DNA of 64,000 nucleotides from Candidatus Poribacteria bacterium. Lineage in GTDB: Bacteria; Poribacteria; WGA-4E; PCPOR2b. Positions 18,679 through 28,448 of the stretch are shown one piece after another (within the stretch, counting starts at the first letter, position 1; each line of letters opens with the position of its first letter). A model generated the notes under the pieces. It was not told the origin of the DNA. It saw only the letters and a list, made by a program, of their open reading frames with translations, and did no database searches. A program made the position numbers and the translations under genes. The stretch spans positions 1,248,001 through 1,312,000 of the forward strand of contig OZ242351.1 in assembly GCA_965208675.1 (NCBI GenBank). The letters are read 5' to 3'.

Positions 18679-19533
18679 ATGGCTTCAATGGGCAATGACG
18701 AGGAACAATCAATCCCGACCCAACCGCATCGCCGCTCGGATTCAGTCCGTGTTGTAGATTTTGCCGGTGGTTGGATATTGAAGAAGTTACATGGAATTGG
18801 CGGCGCAGTTACATTTGTCTGTTCAATCCTTTCTCTAATTTTCAGACGCCCGTTTCAATTCAACCTGCTTGTTCGACAGTTACTGTTGGTTGGCGTAAAC
18901 TCTCTGCCGGTTGTGTTGGTCTCTGGAATCTTCACGGGAATGGTATTGGCAACGCAGGGATATCACCAACTGAAGGACCTTTCAGCGGAAGGCTCTGTCG
19001 GAAGATTTGTCAGCGTATCGGTAGTCAAAGAGCTAGGCCCCATGGTTACAGCCTTCATCTTGGCAGGCCGCATAGGCGCCTCAATCACGGCAGAACTTGG
19101 CACAATGAAGGTGACCGAGCAGATTGATGCGTTAGAAGTAATGGCGACTAGCCCGGTAAAATACCTCGTTGTACCGCGGTTCCTAGCCTGTGCAATAATG
19201 CTTCCACTCCTGACGACGTTCTCGATTGTCTTCGGGATTGCAGGAGGCTATTTCACATCCGTTTACATCTTGCCCTTCAAAATGAACGGCCGCTTTTTTT
19301 TGGAGCAGGCTAGTACTTACATTTTCATAAGCAGTGTTGTTGTTAGCCTCATCAAATCTTCAACCTTCGGAATGGCAATCGCGTCCGTAGGATGTTATAA
19401 AGGATTCACAATATCTTCTGCCGGCGGTGCAGAGGGTGTCGGTAAAGCCACAACAGGCTCAGCGGTCACTTCTCTGATTGCCATTTTAATCTTGGACTTC
19501 GTTCTGAATCATGTGCTCTATACAATCTGGTGA
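18679..19533 (+). CDS. mlaE: MlaE-family lipid asymmetry ABC permease
   Basis: ELGP..TA...AGR.GA.I.AELGTMKVTEQIDALEVM and GAEGVGKATT. Confidence 0.92.
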   Translation: MASMGNDEEQSIPTQPHRRSDSVRVVDFAGGWILKKLHGIGGAVTFVCSILSLIFRRPFQFNLLVRQLLLVGVNSLPVVLVSGIFTGMVLATQGYHQLKDLSAEGSVGRFVSVSVVKELGPMVTAFILAGRIGASITAELGTMKVTEQIDALEVMATSPVKYLVVPRFLACAIMLPLLTTFSIVFGIAGGYFTSVYILPFKMNGRFFLEQASTYIFISSVVVSLIKSSTFGMAIASVGCYKGFTISSAGGAEGVGKATTGSAVTSLIAILILDFVLNHVLYTIW

Positions 19534-19604
19534 ATCCCATCGTTGCGAGGTGTTTTGAGCGGCATGAGGTTTCCAACCCCGCGGCGGATTCAGGAAGTTG
19601 TTGA

Positions 19605-20318
19605 ATGATCCACGTTGAAAATCTGTGGAAACACTTTGGAGACAAAGCAGTCCTCAAGGGTTTGAACCTTCACATCCCTCGCGGCGAAACGTCAATCGTA
19701 ATTGGAAGAAGTGGATGTGGGAAAAGTGTTTTGCTCAAGCTGGTTACTGGGCTGATGCAGCCTGATGGTGGGGAAATCCGAATTGATGGTGAGGCAATCT
19801 CCAGCGTCAAAGATTTAAATCGGATTCGCCGAAAAATTGGCATGCTTTTCCAATCGGCGGCGTTGTTTGATTCGATGACGGTTGAGGAAAATGTTGGCTT
19901 CATGTTGTCTCAACATACAAATCTCAGCAAACGCGAAATTGAGGGAATTGTCGCGGAAAAGCTCCAGTTGGTCGATCTTGACGGCGTTCAGAAGCTGAGA
20001 CCTGCAGAACTGAGTGGGGGCATGCGAAAACGCGTCGGGCTTGCACGAGCCATCGCGTTCAATCCGGAGGTGATTCTATATGATGAGCCGACGACCGGTT
20101 TAGACCCTATAACGGGGTCAGAAATCAATCGGTTAATTCGCAATCTCCACGCGAAACTAAAGGTCACGTCGGTTGTTGTAACCCATGACATGGATAGCGC
20201 CTTCTCAGTTGGTACAAGGATGGCAATGATACACGCGGGACAAGTTATTGCATCCGGTTCTCTCGATGAAATCCGGAGGATTGATAATGCGATTCTCCAA
20301 CAGTTTATTTCTGAGTGA
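19605..20318 (+). CDS. mlaF: MlaF-family ABC ATPase
   Basis: GRSGCGKS, FQSAALFDSM, LSGGMRKRV and LYDEPT.GLDP; lies between mlaE and the MCE gene. Confidence 0.92.
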   Translation: MIHVENLWKHFGDKAVLKGLNLHIPRGETSIVIGRSGCGKSVLLKLVTGLMQPDGGEIRIDGEAISSVKDLNRIRRKIGMLFQSAALFDSMTVEENVGFMLSQHTNLSKREIEGIVAEKLQLVDLDGVQKLRPAELSGGMRKRVGLARAIAFNPEVILYDEPTTGLDPITGSEINRLIRNLHAKLKVTSVVVTHDMDSAFSVGTRMAMIHAGQVIASGSLDEIRRIDNAILQQFISE

Positions 20319-21910
20319 CGGCGGCGGTTAGTCAAAAGGGGGCATTGGTGGCAAAGTGGAATGAGCAAGTTAAAGTGGGGCTCGTGGCTGTTATCGGCTT
20401 AGCTTTACTTGTCGTTCTGCTGTTCAATGCATCGAATTGGCCGTGGAGTGTAAGTGGTGACGTTTTGCAGGTTCATTTTGGCGCTGTAAACGACCTGCAC
20501 CTAGGCGCTGGAGTTCAATTGTCAGGCGTAAAGGTTGGAAAAGTCACGGGGATAGAACTTAAAGCGGACGAAAATATAATTGACGTTCAATTTCGCGTCA
20601 AGGACGGATTTCGGCGGTTACGCAAAGGTTGTAGAGTCAGGATTGGGACAATCGGATTTGTAGGTGAAACCTACATTGACATTACAAACGGTCCTGTGGG
20701 GAATCCGCCCCTACAGCCGGACGACCTCCCTTTGGTCGGCGAAGACCCAAAGAGCATCGTAGACCTCCTTGAAATCGCCGAGCAAGCTGTCACGCAAGCG
20801 GCTCAGGTTGCCCAGTCCGCAAATGCACTAATAGCTTCGAACCACATCGGCGTCAGTGAGGGAATCAAAGAAGTACGCGAATTGGTTGTACAAACCGGCG
20901 CCGCCTTAGAGTCGGTCGTCAGAAACACCGAAAAATCCGTCGACACCCTAACTAGGCTTGCGTCCGATAACGACTCGCGTTTGCAACAGGTTTTTAATCA
21001 AATGAACCGGTTGCTTGAAAAGTTGGAAAGCGATGCTTCAGCGCTCAGCAATGATGCGGGAGAGATTACACAGTCCGTAAGTGGTTTTATCGGCCGCAAC
21101 TCGGAGACGGTCGATGAGATTGTTAGTGATTTACACGTGAGTGCTTCCAATTTTCGAGAAATGTCCCAATCGCTGCACACGGATGTCGCCGCCCTAAAAT
21201 CTGAGATGTCGAATCTCATTCTCAAGAGTGAGGAAATTATTGACGCCGAATCACCTAAAATCGGCCGGCTGCTAGAAAACCTTACTGCCGTCTCCGCGGA
21301 TTTGGCTGGATTGCGCGAAAACTTCGCCCAATTACTGGACAAAGTGCAAAGTGGGGAGGGCAGCGTTGCTGCCTTAATTAACACGCCCGATACACACAAT
21401 AAAGCACAAGATGTGCTGCAATCGGCGGATGAAACATTCGGTGAGGTTAAAGAACTAATCCAGACGTTTAATGAAAAATCAGAGAGTTTTAAGTTTCCCG
21501 ATGTAGCTTGGGATTACGAACTCCGATCTGTGAACCTGGAGGAACGCCTCCATAACGAGTTGGCGGTTTTGTTATTGCCCGCACATAATCAGCGGTACCG
21601 ATTCGGCTTTGGCATCCGCGAGGAAGAATTGAAGTTTGAACTTCAATTCGGTTATGATTTCAACAACCATTTAAGCGGTCGTTTGGGGTTCATGCGTTCA
21701 ACACCCGGATTGGGAATCGATTTATGGCTGCTTTCGAAGAAACTCGGTGTCACAATAGAAGCGGCTCGATTGACGAGCGGTCGGCCCGAAGTGGATACGG
21801 AACTGTCGTGGAGGGTATTTCCCCATGGACACGTTATCATCGGCGCGGAAAACTTAATCGATGATATCCGTTACACAGCCGGATTTCGGCTGGCAGCAAA
21901 AAATTGGTAA
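20315..21910 (+). CDS. mlaD: MCE/MlaD protein with a long helical stalk and C-terminal beta-barrel-like domain
   Basis: N-terminal TM, MCE domain (G..V.LSGVKVGKV, GE.YI.I..G), about 250 aa of heptad-like helix, and an amphipathic beta C-terminus ending in W. Alternative start GTG at 20348. Confidence 0.85.
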   Translation: MTAAVSQKGALVAKWNEQVKVGLVAVIGLALLVVLLFNASNWPWSVSGDVLQVHFGAVNDLHLGAGVQLSGVKVGKVTGIELKADENIIDVQFRVKDGFRRLRKGCRVRIGTIGFVGETYIDITNGPVGNPPLQPDDLPLVGEDPKSIVDLLEIAEQAVTQAAQVAQSANALIASNHIGVSEGIKEVRELVVQTGAALESVVRNTEKSVDTLTRLASDNDSRLQQVFNQMNRLLEKLESDASALSNDAGEITQSVSGFIGRNSETVDEIVSDLHVSASNFREMSQSLHTDVAALKSEMSNLILKSEEIIDAESPKIGRLLENLTAVSADLAGLRENFAQLLDKVQSGEGSVAALINTPDTHNKAQDVLQSADETFGEVKELIQTFNEKSESFKFPDVAWDYELRSVNLEERLHNELAVLLLPAHNQRYRFGFGIREEELKFELQFGYDFNNHLSGRLGFMRSTPGLGIDLWLLSKKLGVTIEAARLTSGRPEVDTELSWRVFPHGHVIIGAENLIDDIRYTAGFRLAAKNW

Positions 21911-21975
21911 CCTACAGACTAGAGGTTCAATGCCAATAGCCGTTTAACATTATTCCTCCCCTAATAATCGTTAAA

Positions 21976-23340
21976 ATGTCAAAAGAACGTCGCCAGTTCG
22001 TTTGTCGCGAATGTGGTTACAGTTCAGCAAAATGGCTCGGGCGCTGTCCGGCATGTGAACAGTGGAACTCCTTGGTTGAAGAAGTTCAGAGTTTCACACC
22101 GAAAAAAACATCACGACGGCATCTAGGTCAGCCGGCGAGCCTTCCAGAGCCGATTACACAAATCACGGCTAGCGACGCTGACCGCCTCCACTCCGGCATC
22201 GCGGAATTCGATCGGGTACTTGGCGGGGGGTTTGTGCCTGGTTCGGTCGTCCTCCTCGGCGGAGATCCGGGTATCGGAAAATCCACGCTCCTGTTGCAAA
22301 CAAGTAACGCCCTTAGCAGTACCTATGGGAGTGTACTCTATGTCTCTGGCGAAGAGTCGGTGACACAGATGAAATTGAGGGCAAATCGTCTAGGCATTAA
22401 TTCTGATTCGCTGTACGTTATTTGTGAAAACAATCTTGAACAAATTGAAGCGCATGTTGCGTCGCTTCAACCTCATATTGTCATTATCGATTCTATTCAA
22501 TCCGTTTACGTTCCAGAAATTCAAGCAGCACCGGGTAGTATTACTCAGGTTCGTGAGAGTGCGGTCCAACTGCTGATTACCGCTAAGAACAAAAATGTCC
22601 CAATCGTGCTGGTTGGGCATGTGACAAAAGAGGGGGCTTTAGCGGGACCTCGCGTTCTTGAGCACATGGTTGACACAGTTCTATATTTTGAAGGCGAAAG
22701 CCGTCTCATTTACCGTGTGCTGCGGGCTGTCAAAAACCGATTTGGATCTACCAACGAAATCGGAATCTTCGAGATGTTGAGCAACGATCTTGTTGAAGTC
22801 AAAAATCCGTCAGCCATGTTCATTGGCGAACGGCAAGAGAATATCTCTGGATCGGTCGTCGTATCGACCATGGAGGGAACGCGCCCTTTACTTTTGGAAC
22901 TTCAAGCTCTGGTTTCGCCGGCTAGCTCTGGAATTCCGCGCAATACCGCGGCAGGCGTGGATCGGCATCGCATTGCGCTGCTCCTCGCTGTACTTCAGAA
23001 ACGTGCCGGGGTTGACATTGGCGGGTCAGATGTCTTTGTCAATATTACCGGCGGTATGCGGTTGGATGAACCGGGGATTGATCTCGGCACAGCCATAGCC
23101 ATTACATCAAACCACCGAGATATTGCCGTCGACCCGCGTACCGTTGTCATCGGTGAGGTCGGATTGGGTGGAGAAGTTCGTCCTGTTAATCATATTGAAA
23201 AGCGGTTGAGCGAAGCAGCAAAGTTGGGATTCAATCGGGCGATATTCCCCGAATACAATCGCAATAACCTGGATTTGAAGCAAGATATTAACTTAGTTGG
23301 AGTGAAGAATCTTCATGGCGCACTCAGCGAGTTACTATAA
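21976..23340 (+). CDS. radA: DNA repair protein RadA/Sms
   Basis: C4 zinc finger, GDPGIGKSTL, KNRFG and a Lon-like C-terminal domain. Confidence 0.97.
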   Translation: MSKERRQFVCRECGYSSAKWLGRCPACEQWNSLVEEVQSFTPKKTSRRHLGQPASLPEPITQITASDADRLHSGIAEFDRVLGGGFVPGSVVLLGGDPGIGKSTLLLQTSNALSSTYGSVLYVSGEESVTQMKLRANRLGINSDSLYVICENNLEQIEAHVASLQPHIVIIDSIQSVYVPEIQAAPGSITQVRESAVQLLITAKNKNVPIVLVGHVTKEGALAGPRVLEHMVDTVLYFEGESRLIYRVLRAVKNRFGSTNEIGIFEMLSNDLVEVKNPSAMFIGERQENISGSVVVSTMEGTRPLLLELQALVSPASSGIPRNTAAGVDRHRIALLLAVLQKRAGVDIGGSDVFVNITGGMRLDEPGIDLGTAIAITSNHRDIAVDPRTVVIGEVGLGGEVRPVNHIEKRLSEAAKLGFNRAIFPEYNRNNLDLKQDINLVGVKNLHGALSELL

Positions 23341-23366
23341 TCAAAATTATAATCATATGAAAGTGG

Positions 23367-24413
23367 GTGACTCCGATGCAAATTTGGTTCATCCGGGCTT
23401 CCTTTATTTTATTTGGTGCAATTTTTGGCTTTATCACAGGAGATTGGGAGGGCTGCGGAACAGCGCTCGTCCTAGCCTCCATCTTAGTCGGCGCCGAATC
23501 ATTAATACGGCGGCCAATGTTACGGGATCTGTTCGCTTGCTTGGTCGGATTGGTTTTTGGGTTGATTGTGGCTGCTCTGATTATTTACATTGTTTCCCAA
23601 ACAACCAATATCACAAACTTAGTCAAAGCCTGCATAACGCTCTTATTCGCTTATGCGGGAATAATGATAATCTATCGAAGGCGGGAAGCTTTTGGTTTAT
23701 TTTCCCTGACAGCACAGGGCTTACAATCTACTTCCCCGGCTTTCAAAATTTTGGACACGAGTGTTATCATTGATGGGCGAATTCGCGACATCTGCGAAAC
23801 GGGGTTTATTGATGGCATCGTTGTGGTTCCGAGATTTGTACTCAATGAATTGCAGCACATTGCCGACTCTCCCGATCCCCTTCGCCGGAACAAGGGCAGA
23901 CGGGGTTTCGAGATTCTGGAAGACCTACAGCAGAATCCAAAAATCAATGTCGAGATGACGGAGGACGATTTCCCCGATGTGGCAGAAGTCGACGCAAAAT
24001 TAATCCATCTTGCCCGCAAAATACAGGCGAAAATTATTACGAACGACTTCAATTTAAATAAGGTCGCAGAACTACAAGGTGTAACCGTTCTCAACATCAA
24101 TGTGCTCGCAAATGCTATACGGCCGATTGTTGTCGCTGGCGAAGTAATCAAGGTGCGAGTAATTCGCGAGGGCAAAGAACCAAATCAAGGCGTCGGTTAT
24201 CTTGACGACGGTACGATGGTTATTGTCGAAAACGGCAAGCACTATATTGGGCAGACCGTTGAAGTGGTCATCACACAGGCACTGCAAACGAGTGCAGGCC
24301 GCATGATTTTTAGCCGCCGTAAACTCGGTGAAACGGATCGTGATGAATCGGAAGGTGAGCGTTCTTATTCCCGCAGCTGGCAGCGGAAGCCGGATGGGAC
24401 ATCGTCTTATTAG
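23367..24413 (+). CDS. PIN/TRAM domain membrane protein (YacL family)
   Basis: KILDTSVIIDGRI, ELQ.IADS, TND.NL.KVA and QGVGYLDDGTM. Confidence 0.92.
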   Translation: MTPMQIWFIRASFILFGAIFGFITGDWEGCGTALVLASILVGAESLIRRPMLRDLFACLVGLVFGLIVAALIIYIVSQTTNITNLVKACITLLFAYAGIMIIYRRREAFGLFSLTAQGLQSTSPAFKILDTSVIIDGRIRDICETGFIDGIVVVPRFVLNELQHIADSPDPLRRNKGRRGFEILEDLQQNPKINVEMTEDDFPDVAEVDAKLIHLARKIQAKIITNDFNLNKVAELQGVTVLNINVLANAIRPIVVAGEVIKVRVIREGKEPNQGVGYLDDGTMVIVENGKHYIGQTVEVVITQALQTSAGRMIFSRRKLGETDRDESEGERSYSRSWQRKPDGTSSY

Positions 24414-25545
24414 AAAACCGTATTTACAACTACACGGTAAACCGATTCTCGCGCATACCATTAGTGTTTTCGATAATAACCCTGTCGTAGACTCGATATT
24501 TGTCATCGTCAATGATTCGGATCTTGAGTTGTGTGAATCAATGTCGATAAAGCCGTACGGCTTCCGAAAAGTGGCGAATCTAATCCCCGGCGGAGAAACT
24601 CGTCAAGATTCTGTTTTCAATGGCTTGCGGTTGCTTCCTAGTGATACAGATTTTGTAATTGTACATGACGGCGTCCGCCCTTTTGTCACCGGCGACTTAA
24701 TTGACTCTTGTCTTGAAGCGGTGGAGGAATGGGGGGCGGCGGTTGCCGCTGTTCCGGTCCAAGATACTATCAAGGTCGCTGATACGGACGGGTTTATTGT
24801 TGACACCCCAAACCGCAGCAAACTTTGGGCGGTGCAGACCCCTCAAGGCTTCAGGAGAGATGTGCTAATGGAAGCGCACCAACAGGCGCGGCAGACAGGG
24901 TTGCGTGCAACTGATGATGCCGCGCTCGTTGAACAACTCGGTCGCAGAATCAAGTTGATAACGGGAAATCATCGTAACCTAAAGATTACAACCGCGGAAG
25001 ATCTTCTCATCGCTGAAGCTTTTTGCACCGGTGAAAATTCAAAGTTCGCTGACCATATTCAACTTAAAAATATGCGTGTCGGAATTGGATACGATGTCCA
25101 CCGGCTGGTGGAAAATCAAAAGCTGGTTTTAGGTGGAGTTCAGATTCCTTATGCAAAAGGACTCTTGGGACACTCCGACGCTGATGTATTGACACACGCG
25201 GTTTGCGACGCAATATTGGGAGCGGCAGGCCTAGGTGATATTGGCGTACACTTTCCCGATACGGACGAAGCATACGCGGATGTCAATAGCCTTGTATTGT
25301 TGAAACACGTCAAGACACTCGTTGAACGGGACTATTCTTTCTTAAATGTGGACAGCACTATTATCGCGCAACGTCCAAAGCTTGCCGCTTACATTCCAAA
25401 AATGCGTCAGCAACTCGCTGATACGTTGTCCGTACCCGTAGATCGAATCAACATAAAAGCCACTACATCAGAAGGGCTCGGATTCATTGGCAAGGAAAAA
25501 GCGATTGCCGCGCAAGCGATTGTCAGCTTAGACGTTAGGCATTAG
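24343..25545 (+). CDS. ispDF: Fused IspD/IspF (MEP pathway)
   Basis: AAGSGSRMG, GGETRQDS, VHDGVRP and QTPQ, then from 25072 MRVGIGYDVH, GHSDADV and GDIG.HFP in the same frame. Confidence 0.93.
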   Translation: MNRKVSVLIPAAGSGSRMGHRLIRKPYLQLHGKPILAHTISVFDNNPVVDSIFVIVNDSDLELCESMSIKPYGFRKVANLIPGGETRQDSVFNGLRLLPSDTDFVIVHDGVRPFVTGDLIDSCLEAVEEWGAAVAAVPVQDTIKVADTDGFIVDTPNRSKLWAVQTPQGFRRDVLMEAHQQARQTGLRATDDAALVEQLGRRIKLITGNHRNLKITTAEDLLIAEAFCTGENSKFADHIQLKNMRVGIGYDVHRLVENQKLVLGGVQIPYAKGLLGHSDADVLTHAVCDAILGAAGLGDIGVHFPDTDEAYADVNSLVLLKHVKTLVERDYSFLNVDSTIIAQRPKLAAYIPKMRQQLADTLSVPVDRINIKATTSEGLGFIGKEKAIAAQAIVSLDVRH

Positions 25546-25614
25546 GTTTCGGATATGATTTCGCATATTTCCAATGCTTGGCACGATAAAACGCACCTCT
25601 AAATTGGAAAAACA

Positions 25615-27075
25615 TTGGCATTAAGAATTTATAACTCTCTCACGAGACGGTTGGAAGAATTTACCCCATTGCAAGAGGGAAAGGTGCGGATGTATACCTG
25701 CGGTCCTACCGTCTACGATTACTTTCACATCGGTAACGCTCGCACATTCCTCGTTTCTGACGTTGTGCGCCGCTATCTCGAATTTCAGGGCTACCAAGTC
25801 AAACTAGTTCAGAACATCACCGACATTGACGATAAAATTATCAATCGCGCAAACAAATCTGGAATTGATGCGAAACAGCTTTCCCAGAAATATGCCGCTG
25901 CGTATTTTGAAGATTCGCAGCGCCTTGGGATTCGTCCTGCAGATGTTCATCCTCGAGCAACCGATCATGTGCCCGAAATTCTTGAATTGCTTCAGACGTT
26001 GATTGACAAAGGTGCGGCGTATGAACGCAGCGGAGATTTGTATTACCGCATCAACCGTTTCCCAAACTACGGCAAACTTTCAAACCGCGATGTTAACGAC
26101 GTGCGCGCCGGTGCCAGAGTCGCGGTGAACGAACAAAAAGAAGATCCGCGCGATTTCGATCTCTGGAAGACGGCTAAACCCGGTGAACCGTCGTGGGAAA
26201 GCCCCTGGGGACGGGGACGGCCGGGATGGCATATCGAGTGCTCGGCAATGGCAATGAAGCATCTCGGTGAAACATTAGACATTCACGCCGGAGGGCAAGA
26301 CCTCCAATTTCCCCATCACGAAAATGAGATTGCCCAGAGCGAATTGGCTACGGGAAAGCCGTTTGCCCGGTATTGGATGCATGTCGCATTCTTGCGAACC
26401 GGAGGAAGGAGAATGGGAAAGTCCGAGCAGAATTTTATCCTAGTGCGCGACGCCCTTCAAGATTACGCTCCCGAAGCAATCCGCCATTTCTTAATCTCTG
26501 CTCAATACCGCCATCCACTTGATTTCAATGACACCAGCTTAAAGGAATCGAGCAGCGCCATCCGGCGGTTGGACAACTGTCTGCGGGAGTTACGGCAATA
26601 CCAAGACTACCACGGGGATAAATCTCTTGATGGAGATGAACGCAGCCACGATGAAACCGCTTTGATTGAATCCGTCGATACTATGTGTCATGAATTTAAA
26701 GTCGCAATGGATGATGATTTTAACACTGCCGGAGCAATAGGCGCGATTTTCAAATTCGTCGGAGACGTCAACCCCTTTCTAGCAGCAAAAGAGCCCCACC
26801 CATCGTATCTGATGAACACGGTGCTTGGAAACGCCTACCGTAAGCTCGCCGAATTGTGCGGTGTGTTGGGATTAAATGTCCAGAAATCCGCTGCCCGCGG
26901 CGACCATCCCGGGTTGGTTGGCCACTTGATGGATCTCATTTTGGAGGTGCGTCAAGAGGCACGGATGCGTAAAGATTGGGAAGTATCGGATAAAATCCGC
27001 GACCGGTTAAAGCAATTGAATATTGAGCTGAAGGACTCTCGATTGGGAACTACCTGGCAACAAAACGATGCATGA
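25615..27075 (+). CDS. cysS: Cysteine--tRNA ligase
   Basis: YTCGPTVY, HIGN, GRPGWHIECSAM and FPHHENE; the KMSKS motif appears as RMGKS. Confidence 0.96.
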   Translation: MALRIYNSLTRRLEEFTPLQEGKVRMYTCGPTVYDYFHIGNARTFLVSDVVRRYLEFQGYQVKLVQNITDIDDKIINRANKSGIDAKQLSQKYAAAYFEDSQRLGIRPADVHPRATDHVPEILELLQTLIDKGAAYERSGDLYYRINRFPNYGKLSNRDVNDVRAGARVAVNEQKEDPRDFDLWKTAKPGEPSWESPWGRGRPGWHIECSAMAMKHLGETLDIHAGGQDLQFPHHENEIAQSELATGKPFARYWMHVAFLRTGGRRMGKSEQNFILVRDALQDYAPEAIRHFLISAQYRHPLDFNDTSLKESSSAIRRLDNCLRELRQYQDYHGDKSLDGDERSHDETALIESVDTMCHEFKVAMDDDFNTAGAIGAIFKFVGDVNPFLAAKEPHPSYLMNTVLGNAYRKLAELCGVLGLNVQKSAARGDHPGLVGHLMDLILEVRQEARMRKDWEVSDKIRDRLKQLNIELKDSRLGTTWQQNDA

Positions 27076-27116
27076 ATTACTAACCCACACCAATTTCACA
27101 AGGAGCGTGATAACAA

Positions 27117-27737
27117 ATGTACCGCTTTATACCCATATTGTTGGTTTGTCTAACTGGCTGCAATATTGCTAGCAAGCTCGTGTCCAAGCAAGAACTCAGC
27201 GAAAATTATGCGCTGATGGAAGGGGTTAGGGCAACAACCCCTGAAATGATAGACGGCAACTTGAGGACAGTCGGAGAAGCTGCATTGCCTGAAGGCGCAG
27301 AAGGTGCTTTCGGTATGTCTCCTGCTACTGAAGCGCTCATTACCCTGCCCGAAAAAAAGGTCATAAGCCGAATGGTAATCCATTCGAAGAACTTGAAGCA
27401 GTTTGACGTATGGGCGGATAAGGGAAACAGCGATTGGGTAGTGCTTAAAGAGGTCAAGGGCACTAAAACAAACCCAATAGTGCTATCAGGGCTACGGGCG
27501 CATTTTCCTACTGACAGAATCCGAATCCGTGTGTTAGGTACAACGGATGACGCCGAACTCCGGCGCCGAGAGAGAGCACGAGGCGGCTTTCAGGCCGTGG
27601 GCTTCGGTTACAGCCGCGCACCGGGTAAGTTTTATGAGATTGAACTCTACGGTTACAGGTCATCGGAGGATGCCGAAATGAAACAGGAAGTAGAAAAGCG
27701 GGAACAGGAACTGGATGACCTATTGGAATTAAAGTAA
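27117..27737 (+). CDS. Hypothetical lipoprotein, discoidin/galactose-binding-like fold predicted
   Basis: Lipobox LTGC and RBS AAGGAG; DGNLRTVGE...EIELY resembles F5/8-type domains. Paralog of the next gene. Confidence 0.6.
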   Translation: MYRFIPILLVCLTGCNIASKLVSKQELSENYALMEGVRATTPEMIDGNLRTVGEAALPEGAEGAFGMSPATEALITLPEKKVISRMVIHSKNLKQFDVWADKGNSDWVVLKEVKGTKTNPIVLSGLRAHFPTDRIRIRVLGTTDDAELRRRERARGGFQAVGFGYSRAPGKFYEIELYGYRSSEDAEMKQEVEKREQELDDLLELK

Positions 27738-27848
27738 CTCGAAAATTCCACCTCAACTCTCTCTTTATATTACGGTACAATATTTTTAAAATAGATGCTC
27801 TGCTTTTGCAGAAAGCAATCCGCAATAAAACTAGAATAGGAGGACAAC

Positions 27849-28439
27849 ATGCGATACGCCGCGTATACACTGATAATTCTGACAATGGTTTCATGCATCG
27901 GTTGTTTGGCCTCGTCCACCTCATCCATCAGATGGAGCGAGAACATCGCTATCTCAGCAACGGCGGACGATCCGAAGCTGAATGACGGTAACCTCTATAC
28001 AGTTGGCGAAACAAGCCCGATTAGGGATGATCCGAACAACCCGGACTCATACAAAGAAGCTGACGAATACAGCCAGGCTGTAATTCAATGGGGCAGACCC
28101 CAACAGGTCCAACGCATCATTATCATTGCAAGGGAAGGGCAACTGGAGTTTTTCGAAATCCAGTACGAGGACGAAATCGGGAAATGGAAGACTGTCAGAA
28201 GTGTCAGGGATCACTTGAGACCGGAATACAAATATACCAGCAAGGAACCAATCACGACTCGCAAAGTCCGCTTAAAAGTCCCGCGCAGATGGGATTCTCG
28301 CCGAGTGGGGGGTGAGAAACGACGAACGGTAACGGATGGCGGCGCGCCGGTTGTACGAAATCGAAAGATTCAAGAGATTGAAGTCTATTATGCGCTGCCG
28401 CCGGCAGAACCAGTTGTTCCCGAAACATCTGACCAGTGA
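27849..28439 (+). CDS. Hypothetical lipoprotein, paralog of the upstream gene
   Basis: Lipobox-like IGC and RBS AGGAGG; SENIA..AT..PKLNDGNLYTVGE...EIEVY. Confidence 0.6.
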   Translation: MRYAAYTLIILTMVSCIGCLASSTSSIRWSENIAISATADDPKLNDGNLYTVGETSPIRDDPNNPDSYKEADEYSQAVIQWGRPQQVQRIIIIAREGQLEFFEIQYEDEIGKWKTVRSVRDHLRPEYKYTSKEPITTRKVRLKVPRRWDSRRVGGEKRRTVTDGGAPVVRNRKIQEIEVYYALPPAEPVVPETSDQ

Positions 28440-28448
28440 GAACCGTAG

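Noticed and set aside
25578-25596. Sigma54 promoter upstream of cysS (TTGGCACG...)
   Set aside because: The GG-to-GC spacing is 11 rather than 10, and there is no TTGC.
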